A DNA stretch of 64,000 nucleotides, from positions 6,922,784 to 6,986,783 of the forward strand of contig CM121341.1 in assembly GCA_051530055.1 (NCBI GenBank), read 5' to 3'. Source of the DNA: Neoechinorhynchus agilis (taxonomy: Eukaryota; Animalia; Acanthocephala). A program made the position numbers and the translations under genes. Shown piece after piece: positions 38,861 to 53,800 of the stretch; the stretch's first letter is position 1; each line of letters starts with the position of its first letter. The notes below the pieces were generated by a model. That model was given only the letters and a program-made list of their open reading frames with translations, ran no database searches and was not told the DNA's origin.

Positions 38861-39975
38861 AGAAATTGTTTATTTGAAAAACTGTTCATCTTAAATACAA
38901 CAAACTGAATTTTCGAAACAATGGATGTTCTTATCGGAACTTTGAGCGCTTGGATATTTAAAAAGATTTACCATTGTTTGATTCTGGAATTATTACTCGT
39001 TTTCGTACAATCTTTTCTAAAGTAAATACGAATGAGTTTTAAACTGTTTCTTTTTGAAGTATATCTCGAAAAAAGACTTATTTGGTTGCCGATGGACGAT
39101 TCATCGATTTCAAATCTTGAAGTGTTTCGAGGAAGAAAATATTGCCGTGAGTTGAGATAAAGAATTATCCGAAATAAGAAGATGGACCGAAATAAGAAGA
39201 TGGAGAATAAGGAAGGAAATAAAGATCTTCCTTGTCATTGAATACACAGATATATGAAATTTGTAAGGCTTTTCAAATGAAAATAACACAATTTTTCGAA
39301 GAACGACTCCTAACCAAAGTTACACAATTCATTTTCCCGTAGATCGCACGTGAAATGATTCAAATTAAAATCAGGCTCCAGTTTTTTCGAATGAAAACAA
39401 CATTTTTTATTGCATCAAAAATGATAATTCATCTTTAGGTGCAAAAATATCGCTTGTTTATTATGATATTTGTTTATCGATGTTCTTTTTTTAAAAAGAG
39501 TTTATCATATTTGAGTTTTGTTCAAAAAAAACTCTAATTTCTGTATGTTAATCTCGATTGCTAGCACTGGAAAAAGATTCAGTCGTATATTTTCAGACTT
39601 TTGGGCTTTGTTTTTACCGCTAACCTTTCAAATCGTCCTTAAATTGTTTAGAATAATACACTAGACTTGCACGATTTCATTAGTAGATTCTTCGCCTAAA
39701 AAATGTAATGCAAATCGATGTGATGGCTCATGGTTACTAAATTACTTTATTTATAGCGAGAATTATCACATAATTGATTTATTTGACAATTTTCGGCCTT
39801 CGCGTGTTCCTACTGAAGAAGGAATACGCTAAGACCGAAGATTTTTAAATCAATTATTTAATAATTCTCGCTTTAAAAAACTAATTGATGAGCATCTTTA
39901 CGGTTACTAAATTCTTTTTTTTCGCGATGCTTCTTTTGATGATCAATAGTTTAAAGAAAACGTTTGTTTTTCATC

Positions 39976-41208
39976 TCACAGATTGATGACTCGACTGAGC
40001 TTTTGAAGCCGAGTTAAAAGTTCATCGCCTTTCTTGACTAATTCGCCATAAGCTTTACTCTTAGTGTCTGGTCTGGTCGTATTAACAACACCATCGACCC
40101 GATTCAGTTTACAATTCAGTCTCTCCGTTGAAATGAGTCTCGACAGCTCCCGATCAATAAACTCTTCACTTACACCGAACGCATTGGCGAAAGCCGCAAT
40201 TCCTATGCTGCTATAAGAGCGCAGTTGCTGTTCATACGCCTTGATTCTCATTTCTCTTACGTAATATCGATAATGAATCCCGAAATATCGATCAAGCTTT
40301 AGAGCGCGCTCAACCGAACTTAAATGTTTGAAGAATGTAGCGTAATTGCATTCATAGAAAGATTGGATGAATCCGGAGAGTACTGGGTTCGAGTAGAGAA
40401 CCTGCTTTACTTCGCTGTTCATCATAACGCGTTTCTTCAGATCAGGACGATCGAGGGCGATCATGGCCAGCAATACAGTGTATCCCACGAATCTATTAAA
40501 CTGAAGAACTTCGTAGCAACTATAAGTAGAAATCGTCTCAAGAAACAAATTAACTGCGGATTTGAAATCCCTTTGAACACTGAACTGAATAATGGCTTCA
40601 TAGACTTTTAGGCGCGTTTTCTGGTCCCAATCACCGGCGCCTTCCAACATCTTCTTTCCTTTCTCGAGTAATCGAATGATTTGCCTCGGATCACTGGTTG
40701 GCCATTGAAAGAGCAGGATTCGAATGCGGAATATAATTAGGTCGAGACGGCGAGCTAGAGCACTATTAATAACAAATGCTTTTCCTTCACATTCATCCAA
40801 TAAAGCGATCGCTTTCTCAAAATCACAAATTTCACAGAGAAACTCGATTTTGGCGAAATAAGCGTCACGAACGTCACTTTCTCCAAGGTTTTCCTGGGCG
40901 TCTTTGAGTTTCACGTCGAGCGCTTCGAGGCGCTCGATGTTTTTTGCCAGCATCAAATCATGAACAGATTTGTCGATCTCGACAGTGGGATCGTTGCATA
41001 GACCGACCATTCCCTTGGATTCTATTAGGCGTTTAAGTTCTAAGCGAGCTGTTTTACCCTCCTCGGTTTGCGGTTCCACTATAGCAATAACGTGTTTGAT
41101 ATCCGCTATTACCAAGTCCGGCACTCGAGGAGTCGTTTCGGGGTCTTTTGTCTCATCTTCGATTGGTTTGGACAAGTCTGACCGAATCAAGGCCTCGATT
41201 GAGAACAT
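39976..41208 (-). CDS. PSMD6: 26S proteasome regulatory subunit Rpn7, intronless CDS
   Basis: AQENLGESDVRDA, GDWDQKTRLKVY, YYVREMR, LNCKLNRV.GVV.T.RPD. Confidence 0.96.
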   Translation of the reverse strand: MFSIEALIRSDLSKPIEDETKDPETTPRVPDLVIADIKHVIAIVEPQTEEGKTARLELKRLIESKGMVGLCNDPTVEIDKSVHDLMLAKNIERLEALDVKLKDAQENLGESDVRDAYFAKIEFLCEICDFEKAIALLDECEGKAFVINSALARRLDLIIFRIRILLFQWPTSDPRQIIRLLEKGKKMLEGAGDWDQKTRLKVYEAIIQFSVQRDFKSAVNLFLETISTYSCYEVLQFNRFVGYTVLLAMIALDRPDLKKRVMMNSEVKQVLYSNPVLSGFIQSFYECNYATFFKHLSSVERALKLDRYFGIHYRYYVREMRIKAYEQQLRSYSSIGIAAFANAFGVSEEFIDRELSRLISTERLNCKLNRVDGVVNTTRPDTKSKAYGELVKKGDELLTRLQKLSRVINL

Positions 41209-41408
41209 CTGAAGAGAATGGACAATCTTAAATCCTTTAGAAACATGAACTAATCTACGTTCACACAACTGTCTAAAATGGTAACCAAAGTGTAGTATCT
41301 TTTACGATTAGAACAAAAGTGAAAACGTTGATTTTATAAATCAGCAGAATTAAACGACCATTGATTCGTGCCCAGTTCACAATCCCACCAGTGCGTAATA
41401 ATGCCAAT

Positions 41409-42327
<919 letters not shown>

Positions 42328-43294
42328 CTAGAATGAGTTTTTTTCTGCGGAAACTAAGCTTTCTCTGAGAAATTCTGTTCTGCAGACGTAGAACAAATGA
42401 AGAACCAGGTCATTGTGAGTTGCATAGGTAGTCAGTAATTGTTTAAAACAATGAGCTCTGTCTAAACTATTAGTCATCGACAGACAAAATCTCTTCGGGA
42501 TAATCGAAGTAGAATTGCGGTGAACATGCTCACATCTTCAGGGCATGATATAATTTAAAATCAAATATGTCACGTCCTAGAAATTCCCTTCAGGACATCT
42601 ACGGAGTCTTCAAAAATACTAGAAAATCACTTATCCGGATTTGTTTTGCTTTAAAAACTTTAGTGCGTTTTTTGAGCGCAAAACGCTTAAAGGGGATTTT
42701 GTTTTTAGTTGTGAACTGTTCAAATTCGAAGGGAAAGCTCAACGTATTTAATATAGAAACAAAAAAGTGAAACGTCTTCAGCTAGCGAACAAAAACGAAC
42801 GTGTGCAATAAAGTACAGAGTTCAAATAAGTGATTATTTTCACCAAAAGTATACTAAAATTATGTAATTCTCCCTCGATTTTGATTTTCTAAATCTGTAT
42901 AGTTTCCATCTTTAAAACTAAATACATTACAATGGGTTTTCGGTTATTTTCGGAAACACTCTCAGAAATGAGTTTTCATTTATTACCATCCACCCCGAAC
43001 CTAACAGCGTTCACGTCTTAATTTCAATGCGGTTAAGATAATTCTACAGATTTTCAATGATATATCGTTTCAATTTAGATAAATCGATATAACCCTTGTA
43101 TGTGTGATTAAACGATGTTTCTTTTAAAAAAATAAGCCCAGTCAATTCGGAGAAAAAAAACCGATTTAGCATTTATGATTATTTGAATTTTGCATTGCCA
43201 TAAGCTACTAAAATCTATGACATGAATCGCTCGATTAATCAAGTTTGAACCGGAAAAAATTGTACACTATTGCGCTATTCAGAAAAAACCAAAG

Positions 43295-45610
43295 TCAATC
43301 AACATCCTTTTTTTCAGTATCATTCGATTCAGCTACCTCCGCCAATGGTTCCTGAGTAGATGAAATACCTTTTTCGTTATCTCCATAGATTAAGCGAAAA
43401 CTATCAATAAAGTATTGATTTGGATGAGTGATCGCGGGTGCTTGTGTATAATCGTCGATGCCATGTTTGACGGCGAAGAAGTGTTGACATGCGAGCTGAA
43501 AATGCTTATTAGCGCCTAAAGAACAAATCTAGATTCAAAAATGGAGTTCTAATTGGTTATTATTGGCTTTTTAACATTGATACCTGATCTAGTGCTTGTC
43601 CATTAATACCGGCACCTTCCAATCTTTGTCTAAGAGCGTCCGCATTCGTGTGTTTAAAGGGACATCCTTAAAACGCATAAAGTGTATTTAGTTAAAGATT
43701 TTCGCATGAAGCTCACCATGATAATCTCCTACACTCGGTGGATGATCGGTGATAATCTTCAGACAAGAATATGGAGTATAAGATGTCCGTTTCCCTTCGT
43801 GGCCGTAACTGTGCCTTATATTGTACCCATGCTCCCGCTCAAACTAAACGCAAGATACATCGAGTTAAAGAGATTTGTGAGTGTTTGAACACCTTCTTAG
43901 AATCCATTCCATATTTGTCTACGAATTCTCCTCTAAATAGTTTCAAATTTTCTTCCAATGGTACACCAATTCCTGCATTGATAGATTCGTTGGAAAACTC
44001 TCAAATCACATATCAAACGTAGTTCTTACCCTTTAAATATAGCCAATAATTAAGACGACCCTGGTGTCTCAGATGATGATGTGTTCGTAAAGCTTGGTGG
44101 AGATTTGACATGCATGGTGGATAACATTTAGCACTCAAATCGTCCAAGTGCTCACACTGAATGTTGTCCACAGAACTTCCTGCTTTCAGTTTCGAGCAGT
44201 TTACACCCGAAGTGATTCGAGTGAAAAATTTGGTAAGTCGAGGATTCTGAATGGATACTATGGGCGCTTTACGGGAACAAATCTAAAACCAAATGGGAAA
44301 TTTTCGAGCGTTAATCTCGAACAAATTAGAATCGAGACTAAAGTTTTTTAAAAAAACTGAAATAACTTACCACAAGAGATTTGCTGAGATTCGCTCTATA
44401 CTTTGAAGCAATAACAGATACCATATCAATGGAGGGTACAAAGGCGAATCCTTTATTGATGAACACCTTCCTTGATCGAACCAAATCAATCACTTCTGTA
44501 AAATATATCTATGAAATAATCCCTGAAACTTATCAATCGGAAATTTTAAATACCTTATAGAAAGATGTGGACGAAAATGTGGTCACCTTTGACATTATAG
44601 GATTTGACTGTGAAAGCTGAGGAGCGAATCGGCATTTAGTTTCTTCGCTTATCTAAAATTGCTTATTTGTTAATACACCACATACAACATTCATTTCCAA
44701 TTTTTAGGCATTTGTAAGATGAGTGGAAATGCTACAACCAACGTTTACAACGAACCCTGATCGGTCGTAAATGAGATCGAAATTAGAAGATGACTTTTCT
44801 TTACAGATACGAACCCATAGAAGAAAAAAGTAAATCGAAAATGTTGGAGCAAGTTTTCTATGTGCATTAGTAGTAAAAAAGGTTGCTATTTCCGCTATTC
44901 GACCTTACGCTTCTCCGGGCAAAAGACTTTTCTAACTTTTTGAGAATACCAAGACACAAAGTAGACCACCATTTCATATCCGTCAATACAAATCGGCATC
45001 AGAATCGTGAAATATGATTTAGCCGAAGTGTAATTAATGAAATACATACCCGTTCGTAATTTAGTCTATAGTGGCTGAAGAACTTTAAAAGGTTCCTATT
45101 GACAAGCCTGTACTGAAATCGATAGCGAAATAATTCGCATTCGTGTTGAAGAATCCACCTTCGTCGGTCCTCGCTATAAACAAATTAAACGTCTTAAAAA
45201 TCTGTACATAGAACTAACCTTGTACAATACGCAAGTCTTAGAGCGTAATGAGATATTATATCGATCCTTATTTCATTCTTTAGATCGTTTTCATCTCCTT
45301 TTATCCCAGTCCAAACCTTCACAAGTGTAAATGGAAGGAAATTGATACGGGAAAGCTCAGAATCGATAAATGAAATATAAGCAGGACTGTCTCGCTTCAT
45401 GTTCATATTGGCTCGTTCAAATACTTTAAGGACTTTAATCGTCAGGTCGTTTGTCAGACGATTTTTGAGCTAATAAGAAAACTTACCCAAAAGACGTTGT
45501 CTAGCGTATTCTTTGAAAGCAGACATTAGAATGAGGCCCGTTGGAGCAATGTCGTACATTTGTAACGGAATCGTTGGAATTGACGATGATTGAGGCAAGT
45601 ATCTTGTCAT
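43295..45610 (-). CDS. PRIM2: DNA primase large subunit, ~9 GT-AG introns
   Basis: [19 protein letters not shown]...[30 protein letters not shown]. Confidence 0.93.
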
Positions 45611-45624
45611 GTTGATCTATTATA

Positions 45625-46940
45625 CTATAAAAAAAATAGGTTTTTTGAACTTGAACGAGAGTGCCTTTTGGCCAAAAATGAACGAAAGCGCTCGATACTT
45701 GATAAATCCGAGATTTCTAGATAAAATCCGTGATGGAAATGACCGTCTTTCATGAATCTTATTTAAAAAAAGACCAAAATAGCCAAAAAAAGGTGGATTT
45801 TACTTTTTAGATTGTCCAAAAATACACATAGAAGACTCTAAGAATAATAGAACGCTTCAAGAATCCCGATTCGACCAAAAAGAATATTTGTTTTCCTTTG
45901 ATCTATGATAAAAAAATGGGTTTTTTGAACTTGAACGAGTGTCTTTTTGGCCAAAAATGAATGAGATTTTGTAGATAAAATCGGGGATAGAAATGATCGT
46001 CTTTCACGGATCTTATTTAAAAAAAGACCAAAATACCCAAAAAAGGTCGATTTTTCTTTTTAGATTGTCCAAAAATACACATAGAAGACTAAGAATAATA
46101 GAACGCTTCAAGAATCCCGATTCGACCAAAAAGAATATTTGTTTTCTTTTGATCTAAAACAAAAAATGGGTTTTTTGAACTTGAACGAAAGTGTCTTTTT
46201 GGCCAAAAATGAACGAAAGCGCTCGGTACTTGATGAACCTGAGATTTTGTAGATAAAATCCGTGATGGAAATGACCGTCTTTCACGGATCTTATTTAAAA
46301 AAAGACCAAAATACCCAAAAAAGGTCGATTTTTCTTTTTAGATTGTCCAAAAATACACATAGAAGACTCTAAGAATAATAGAACGCTTCAAGAATCCCGA
46401 TTCGACCAAAAAGAATATTTGTTTTCCTTTGATCTATGATAAAAAATGGGTTTTTTGAACTTGAACGAGTGTCTTTTTGGCCAAAAATGAATGAGATTTT
46501 GTAGATAAAATCCGTGATGGAAATGACCGTCTTTCACGGATCTTATTTAAAAAAAGACCAAAATACCCAAAAAAGGTCGATTTTTCTTTTTAGATTGTCC
46601 AAAAATACACATAGAAGACTAAGAATAATAGAACGCTTCAAGAATCCCGATTCGACCAAAAAGAATATTTGTTTTCTTTTGATCTAAGACAAAAAAATGG
46701 GTTTTTTGAACTTGAACGAAAGTGTCTTTTTGGCCAAAAATGAACGAAAGCGCTCGGTACTTGATGAACCTGAGATTTTTAGATAAAATCCGTGATGGAA
46801 ATGACCGTCTTTCACGGATCTTATTTAAAAAAAGACCAAAATAGCCAAAAAGAGGTTGATTTTTCTTTTTAGATTGTCCAAAAATACACATAGAAGACGC
46901 TAACAATAATAGAACGCTTCAAGAATCTCGATTCGACCCA
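45625..46940. repeat. Tandem array of ~250-290 bp units alternating long and short (higher-order repeat), ~5 units
   Basis: ttttttgaacttgaacga at ~45651, 45921, 46171, 46450 and 46703; units 2 and 4 share a deletion. Confidence 0.9.
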
Positions 46941-47284
46941 TAATTTAAAGCCCTGATTTCCGAGCGAAAAAATATTTTCTTTGAAAATTCGAAACCTGAT
47001 TTACACTTGGGGAATAAGAATGTGTTTTATGAAGACGAAAAACACTAATTAATAATGTTTTTATTAACAATCTAGAGAAATACCTCCAAGATGATGTGGT
47101 GATCACATCGCTGCTCGTATGGATCATAGCAGTAAAAGCCGCAGATCGTTAGTTATCGAGATAAACTACTAAAAACTGATTGCTAGAGATCAATCAATTT
47201 TTTAAAAGTTTTGTAGCATTCTTCGAAAATTCAGGAATTATCAACAAGAAAGAACTGCGTTAGGCGTTTGGGTTGAATGACTAA

Positions 47285-47560
47285 AGTCCCTGAGAAGTCG
47301 ATGTTGGCTTTTGAATTAGAGTTTTTTATTTAGATTGATTTAATCGATAATGAATAGTAAAATGATTTTTTGACTAGAAGTCCCTGAGAAATCGATGTTG
47401 GCTTTTGAATTAGAGTTTTTTATTTAGATTGATTTAATCGATAATGAATAGTAAAATGATTTTTTGACTAGAAGTCCCTGAGAAATCGATGTTGGCTTTT
47501 GAATTAGAGTTTTTTATTTAGATTGATTTAATCGATAATGAATAGTAAAATGATTTTTTT
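47285..47560. repeat. 94 bp tandem repeat, 3 copies
   Basis: agtccctgagaa.tcgatgttggc repeated. Confidence 0.9.
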
Positions 47561-47668
47561 GTATGACGGAGGAATTGGACGTAATTTATACAGTTCAATT
47601 TTTAAACAGTGAAATAATCGCAGTCGGTCTCAACGTAGAAGGGAAACTTTATTTGATCAATTCTTAAA

Positions 47669-47759
47669 ATTTCGTCCGTCTCGTCGAAATTCTTCAGATC
47701 TTTATCTTTTTGGTCGAAACAATTTACGGTCTAAAGAAGTCCGATGAGACGGACGAAAT
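47669..47759. repeat. Foldback with ~30 bp inverted arms (26/30 match)
   Basis: ATTTCGTCCGTCTCGTCG... versus ...CGATGAGACGGACGAAAT. Confidence 0.75.
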
Positions 47760-48093
47760 ATTGAGTTAATAGAATTAATCTCTATTTTCCCAATCACCAA
47801 ACAAAATGTTGTTGCTGCGATTTACCATTTAAAAAAACCTCGGCTTTAATTGTCTCAATGACGAGAGAGGTTAAAAAATGTAGCCCATTTTCTTAACTCT
47901 GCAAAAAAATTCAATAATTGATGGAAGGCATCTTTGTATTGTTTAGTATAGATTTTTCCAAAACGTTCCGGAAAAATCTATGTATAATAAAAAAAATTAA
48001 ATATTCAATAAATCAATGGACCAAGTACATATTATTTGAGATAAAAGTTTTCAATGGGTAGTGTACAATTTCCGCAAAGAATTTCTATTAAAG

Positions 48094-49068
48094 ATGCTCT
48101 CTCCGATCACTTCATCCAAGATCTTAAAATACGTGGATCCTCTGATGATACGACTTTACGACCGGGTTCAATCCCTCGCTCTAAAAGACGACATCTTGGT
48201 CGTTTCTCGACTTTTGAGTGGCATTAGCGTCATTGATGTATCCAGTGAGAGTTTAGTGAAACACATTCCAGCCGAGGAAATGACTTGTTTGACAATGGCA
48301 TCTTCTCCGTCTTCCCTTATGATTGCCCTTGAGGATTCTACAATAAAAGTAATAAATTGGAATAGTATCAAATCAGATCAGTCATCAACAATCAATGCCA
48401 AGCAATTTATCACGTCCATGGAAGCGCGATCAGACGATAGTGTTTATGTCGCTGTAAATTCAGGAATCGAACATACTATCGATCAATACGACCTTCGGAC
48501 AGGTGAGTGTACTAGCAAACTCCTTGCCCATTCAGACATTATCAATCGGATTCGATCTATACCAAACGAACCTTTCATGGTGATGAGTGTAGGAGAAGAT
48601 GGTTTGTGTGGAATGTGGGACACTCGAACGGGACAACTCGAGGCGTCCATTGTTCCGAACGAAATGAGCGAAGTTACACGGTACGCAAAGTGGCTCAGTT
48701 GTCTTGATATCAGCTATGATGGCAAATTCTTTGTTGTTGGAGGTGGTCCACAAATGGCTATATTCGATGTCCGTGGACTTATCAAAGGTCCAGTGAGTGT
48801 ATTCAAAGGTGACGCTAAGTTTTGTCCTTACGTTGGACATTTCACTGATTCGGAAATCGTGGCCGGTGGAGCTTCCGGTGAGTATGGTCTGTACAGGATG
48901 GGAATGGACGGAAATTTAATCGGCCGTGGGACCAAGTGTTCAATGCTGGTCGTCACCGATATCGTTATGGATACTCAAACGAAGATGACCATGTGCGTCG
49001 GAGGACTAAGTCCGACCGTCGACGTGTTCAACAACCTCGCATACATGTCTCACTCTTTTAAACTTTAA
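48094..49068 (+). CDS. THOC6: THO complex subunit 6 (WD40)
   Basis: YDLRTG...L.AHSD, SVGEDG...WD.RTG, KWLSCL......FVVGGGP pattern. Confidence 0.75.
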   Translation: MLSPITSSKILKYVDPLMIRLYDRVQSLALKDDILVVSRLLSGISVIDVSSESLVKHIPAEEMTCLTMASSPSSLMIALEDSTIKVINWNSIKSDQSSTINAKQFITSMEARSDDSVYVAVNSGIEHTIDQYDLRTGECTSKLLAHSDIINRIRSIPNEPFMVMSVGEDGLCGMWDTRTGQLEASIVPNEMSEVTRYAKWLSCLDISYDGKFFVVGGGPQMAIFDVRGLIKGPVSVFKGDAKFCPYVGHFTDSEIVAGGASGEYGLYRMGMDGNLIGRGTKCSMLVVTDIVMDTQTKMTMCVGGLSPTVDVFNNLAYMSHSFKL

Positions 49069-49689
49069 TAAATTCTCTGTTCTAATGAGACACAGAAAAA
49101 AGAAACCACCTATTATCGTAAGAAATAACTTCTTTTCAAGTATCCATTTGTTTAAACCTTTTTTATCTAATGTATACAGTTTTATTTAGGCACACAGCCA
49201 ATCGGTAGTGATTGAATCACTACGGTTGCGAGTTTGTACATTGCTCCGGATCCTCAGATACCTCCTGTGGGGGGGGGAGACGATAGAAATCAATGAGTTT
49301 CCTCCTCCTCCCTTCGGCGATCGTAGATTTGAACCTTTTTGACCCACTAAAACAAGGATTCGTGGCTGTCCAGGATTTTAGCTAGGTCAGAAAACGATGC
49401 CCTGAAAGTTTTTTCAATCTCAGCGCCAATCGATTCAGCTTCTTAGAAATATGTTGAATTTTAGAGATTTGCACTCTAATTTCATGTATCCTCCTGTTCC
49501 TCTTAAGTGGATAAAGTCACTAGAATCGTCCGAAAACAAGAAATTCTGGATGCAATGAAGAAAACAATCGATTGGCGAGATAATTTCACTTTTGAATCGT
49601 GGTCATAATCATCCTCAGGATAAAAGGCATTCTGTTGTTAGATATATTTCAAAAACGGAAACCTGTCCTCATTGGTTTAATAAGTAACA

Positions 49690-50500
49690 TCGACAATAAT
49701 CCCTCCCACGTCACCCGTCTCATTCAACTTGATTTATCGAAAGCATTAGACTCCGTAGACCATTCACTCCTTCCCCGGACTGCTCCGATTTTCGTCTCAA
49801 CTTATGACAGATCCGCTAACTCGAATATTGCTGTCACCACTTCTCTTTAATATTTTTCTAAACAACCACAAACCTCTCTTCTCTCAATATGCCGACTATA
49901 TCATCCTCATCACCCATTCACCAACTCACCTCTCCTTGACCTCTAACAAAATCACACACATAAACGATTTCTGCACCAATCACAAAATCCGCCTAAATTT
50001 CTCCAAATGCTTCGAGATGATCCTCTCAATCTCCTGCAACCCCACATTCCCCCTGGGTCTCGCACATCACACTTTTCTCCTCAAACGCCTCCGACATTTT
50101 GGAATCAATTAACCCGACCTCTAAGAATTTAACTTCTGCTTTATTTTACCTTCCCTCACCTACGGTTACCCCGTATTTTGCAACCTTTCCAAATCGCTAA
50201 TCCGCCGTCTTCAAAATTCCTCATAAAAGAACATCTAACATTTTCACAACTTACTTTTCCCATCTCACCGAATGCTTCGCTACTATTTTCATGAAACAAT
50301 CAAAACGGCTATCAACCCTTGAACCACAATTTGAACACAACACTCGCAATCCTAATTTGTTTCATTCTCCTTCGACCTCGCAGCTTCTTATACCAACGCT
50401 CCTTTTTCCATGCTGTCCAATCTTCTCTCGGATATCAGAACTTGAAATGATTCTGAGGAAGGAGCAACCTCACAAGCTCTAAAGAAAACAATAACAACCA
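49690..50500 (+). mobile_element. Second copy of the degenerate LINE RT fragment
   Basis: LIQLDLSKALDSVDHSLL plus sequence nearly identical to ~700-1400. Confidence 0.75.
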
Positions 50501-50899
50501 ATTCGCCCACCACCCGAATGAACATTTCTTTGACCGGATATTCAAACCCGAACGAACCGTCTCCGACTGGATATTCCTATCCTAACGAATACGCATTTTT
50601 TGAACAACGACCCCCGACTGGGAACAATTAAAAATACAAGGCACGTTTCACATAAAAACAATAAAAATTCGTTAATACATAAAGTGAATTGAACACTTTG
50701 TCACTTTATCCAACCGTCGCATAACTGAGTATGAATTAATTCCAATTAAGCGGCCACAACCGCTGTGGACCCTCACAACCAACCCACGCTCCCTTTCTAA
50801 CATAAGCATTCATTTTGTATTTTTTACCGATAAACGTATTATAGTATTCTTCGAATTAAGCTCTAGACGAAATGACTCATGAGGTCGAAGAATATCTCG

Positions 50900-53800
50900 T
50901 GTAAATGCCTCCTCTGGGACGCCACTGTGTCGATAAACTCGAGGCCAGCAATCTCAAGTTCTCGGTGGTTCAAGTGGAGGTGCAGTGAGCGCTTCGGAAG
51001 GACGGAAAACGACGAAATACCTAGATTTAGTCCATGAGTTTGTGCCTTTTGGGGTTGAGACCTACGGATCTCTTGTTAGCGAGGCTCTTCAACTTCTGAG
51101 AGATCTGAAGCCTGTGAATGGCCAAAAACAATCAGTGTGGGCATCTCGTCGCAAGAGTTCAAAGCTCTCTCTTATCAGACTCAAGCGACGACGTTGTCCG
51201 TGCCAGGTTGTTGGCAGTCTCCACTGGAGAATCCACGGTCCCGCTGGCATCCGAGGGTACTCGCCGACGAGGCAGTACGGGTCCGGGTTTCAATGAGACG
51301 AGGACAACCGATGTGTCATCCCCACCGTTGCCGCTACGGTACAAATATGGATTCATCGGGACGTCGTGGTCTCATCTGTAGAAAATCAGCCGGCAGATTC
51401 GCAAGACATTCCGAAATTAACATGGTGCTGAGCCGGGCACTTATTTTGGAACCTGTAAACCTCTGTAAGGACGACGGGCGTAGACCTGATGGGGTGACCG
51501 CACCGGAGTGTAAATGCCTCCTCTGGGACGCCACTGTGTCGATAAACTCGAGGCCAGCAATCTCAAGTTCTCGGTGGTTCAAGGTGGAGGTGCAGTGAGC
51601 GCTTCGGAAGGACGGAAAACGACGAAATACCTAGATTTAGTCCATGAGTTTGTGCCTTTTGGGGTTGAGACCTACGGATCTCTTGTTAGCGAGGCTCTTC
51701 AACTTCTGAGAGATCTGAAGCCTGTGAATGGCCAAAAACAATCAGTGTGGGCATCTCGTCGCAGGTTCGCTCTCTCTTATCAGACTCAAGCGACGACGTT
51801 GTCCGTGCCAGGTTGGCAGTCTCCACTGGAGAATCCACGGTCCCGCTGGCATCCGAGGGTACTCGCCGACGAGGCAGTACGGGTCCGGGTTTCAATGAGA
51901 CGAGGACAACCGATGTGTCATCCCCACCGTTGCCGCTACGGTACAAATATGGATTCATCGGGACGTCGTGGTCTCATCTGTAGAAAATCAGCCGGCAGAT
52001 TCGCAAGACATTCCGAAATTAACATGGTGCTGAGCCGGGCACTTATTTTGGAACCTGTAAACCTCTGTAAGGACGACGGGCGTAGACCTGATGGGGTGAC
52101 CGCATTTCCGGAGTGTAAATGCCTCCTCTGGGACGCCACTGTGTCGATAAACTCGAGGCCAGCAATCTCAAGTTCTGGGTGGTTCAAGTGGAGGTGCAGT
52201 GAGCGCTTCGGAAGGACGGAAAACGACGAAATACCTAGATTTAGTCCATGAGTTTGTGCCTTTTGGGGTTGAGACCTACGGATCTCTTGTTAGCGAGGCT
52301 CTTCAACTTCTGAGAGATCTGAAGCCTGTGAATGGCCAAAAACAATCAGTGTGGGCATCTCGTCGCAAGAGTTCAAAGCTCTCTCTTATCAGACTCAAGC
52401 GACGACGTTGTCCGTGCCAGGTTGTTGGCAGTCTCCACTGGAGAATCCACGGTCCCGCTGGCATCCGAGGGTACTCGCCGACGAGGCAGTACGGGTCCGG
52501 GTTTCAATGAGACGAGGACAACCGATGTGTCATCCCCACCGTTGCCGCTACGGTACAAATATGGATTCATCGGGACGTCGTGGTCTCATCTGTAGAAAAT
52601 CAGCCGGCAGATTCGCAAGACATTCCGAAATTAACATGGTGCTGAGCCGGGCACTTATTTTGGAACCTGTAAACCTCTGTAAGGACGACGGGCGTAGACC
52701 TGATGGGGTGACCGCATTTCCGGAGTGTAAATGCCTCCTCTGGGACGCCACTGTGTCGATAAACTCGAGGCCAGCAATCTCAAGTTCTCGGTGGTTCAAG
52801 TGGAGGTGCAGTGAGCGCTTCGGAAGGACGGAAAACGACGAAATACCTAGATTTAGTCCATGAGTTTGTGCCTTTTGGGGTTGAGACCTACGGATCTCTT
52901 GTTAGCGAGGCTCTTCAACTTCTGAGAGATCTGAAGCCTGTGAATGGCCAAAAACAATCAGTGTGGGCATCTCGTCGCAAGAGTTCAAAGCTCTCTCTTA
53001 TCAGACTCAAGCGACGACGTTGTCCGTGCCAGGTTGTTGGCAGTCTCCACTGGAGAATCCACGGTCCCGCTGGCATCCGAGGGTACTCGCCGACGAGGCA
53101 GTACGGGTCCGGGTTTCAATGAGACGAGGACAACCGATGTGTCATCCCCACCGTTGCCGCTACGGTACAAATATGGATTCATCGGGACGTCGTGGTCTCA
53201 TCTGTAGAAAATCAGCCGGCAGATTCGCAAGACATTCCGAAATTAACATGGTGCTGAGCCGGGCACTTATTTTGGAACCTGTAAACCTCTGTAAGGACGA
53301 CGGGCGTAGACCTGATGGGGTGACCGCATTTCCGGAGTGTAAATGCCTCCTCTGGGACGCCACTGTGTCGATAAACTCGAGGCCAGCAATCTCAAGTTCT
53401 CGGTGGTTCAAATGGAGGTGCAGTGAGCGCTTCGGAAGGACGGAAAACGACGAAATACCTAGATTTAGTCCATGAGTTTGTGCCTTTTGGGGTTGAGACC
53501 TACGGATCTCTTGTTAGCGAGGCTCTTCAACTTCTGAGAGATCTGAAGCCTGTGAATGGCCAAAAACAATCAGTGTGGGCATCTCGTCGCAAGAGTTCAA
53601 AGCTCTCTCTTATCAGACTCAAGCGACGACGTTGTCCGTGCCAGGTTGTTGGCAGTCTCCACTGGAGAATCCACGGTCCCGCTGGCATCCGAGGGTACTC
53701 GCCGACGAGGCAGTACGGGTCCGGGTTTCAATGAGACGAGGACAACCGATGTGTCATCCCCACCGTTGCCGCTACGGTACAAATATGGATTCATCGGGAC

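Noticed and set aside
47669-47765. Hammerhead ribozyme (CTGAAGA...GGAC GAAA)
   Set aside because: Extra base before stem II, mutated core on the other arm, and no stem III/NUH site
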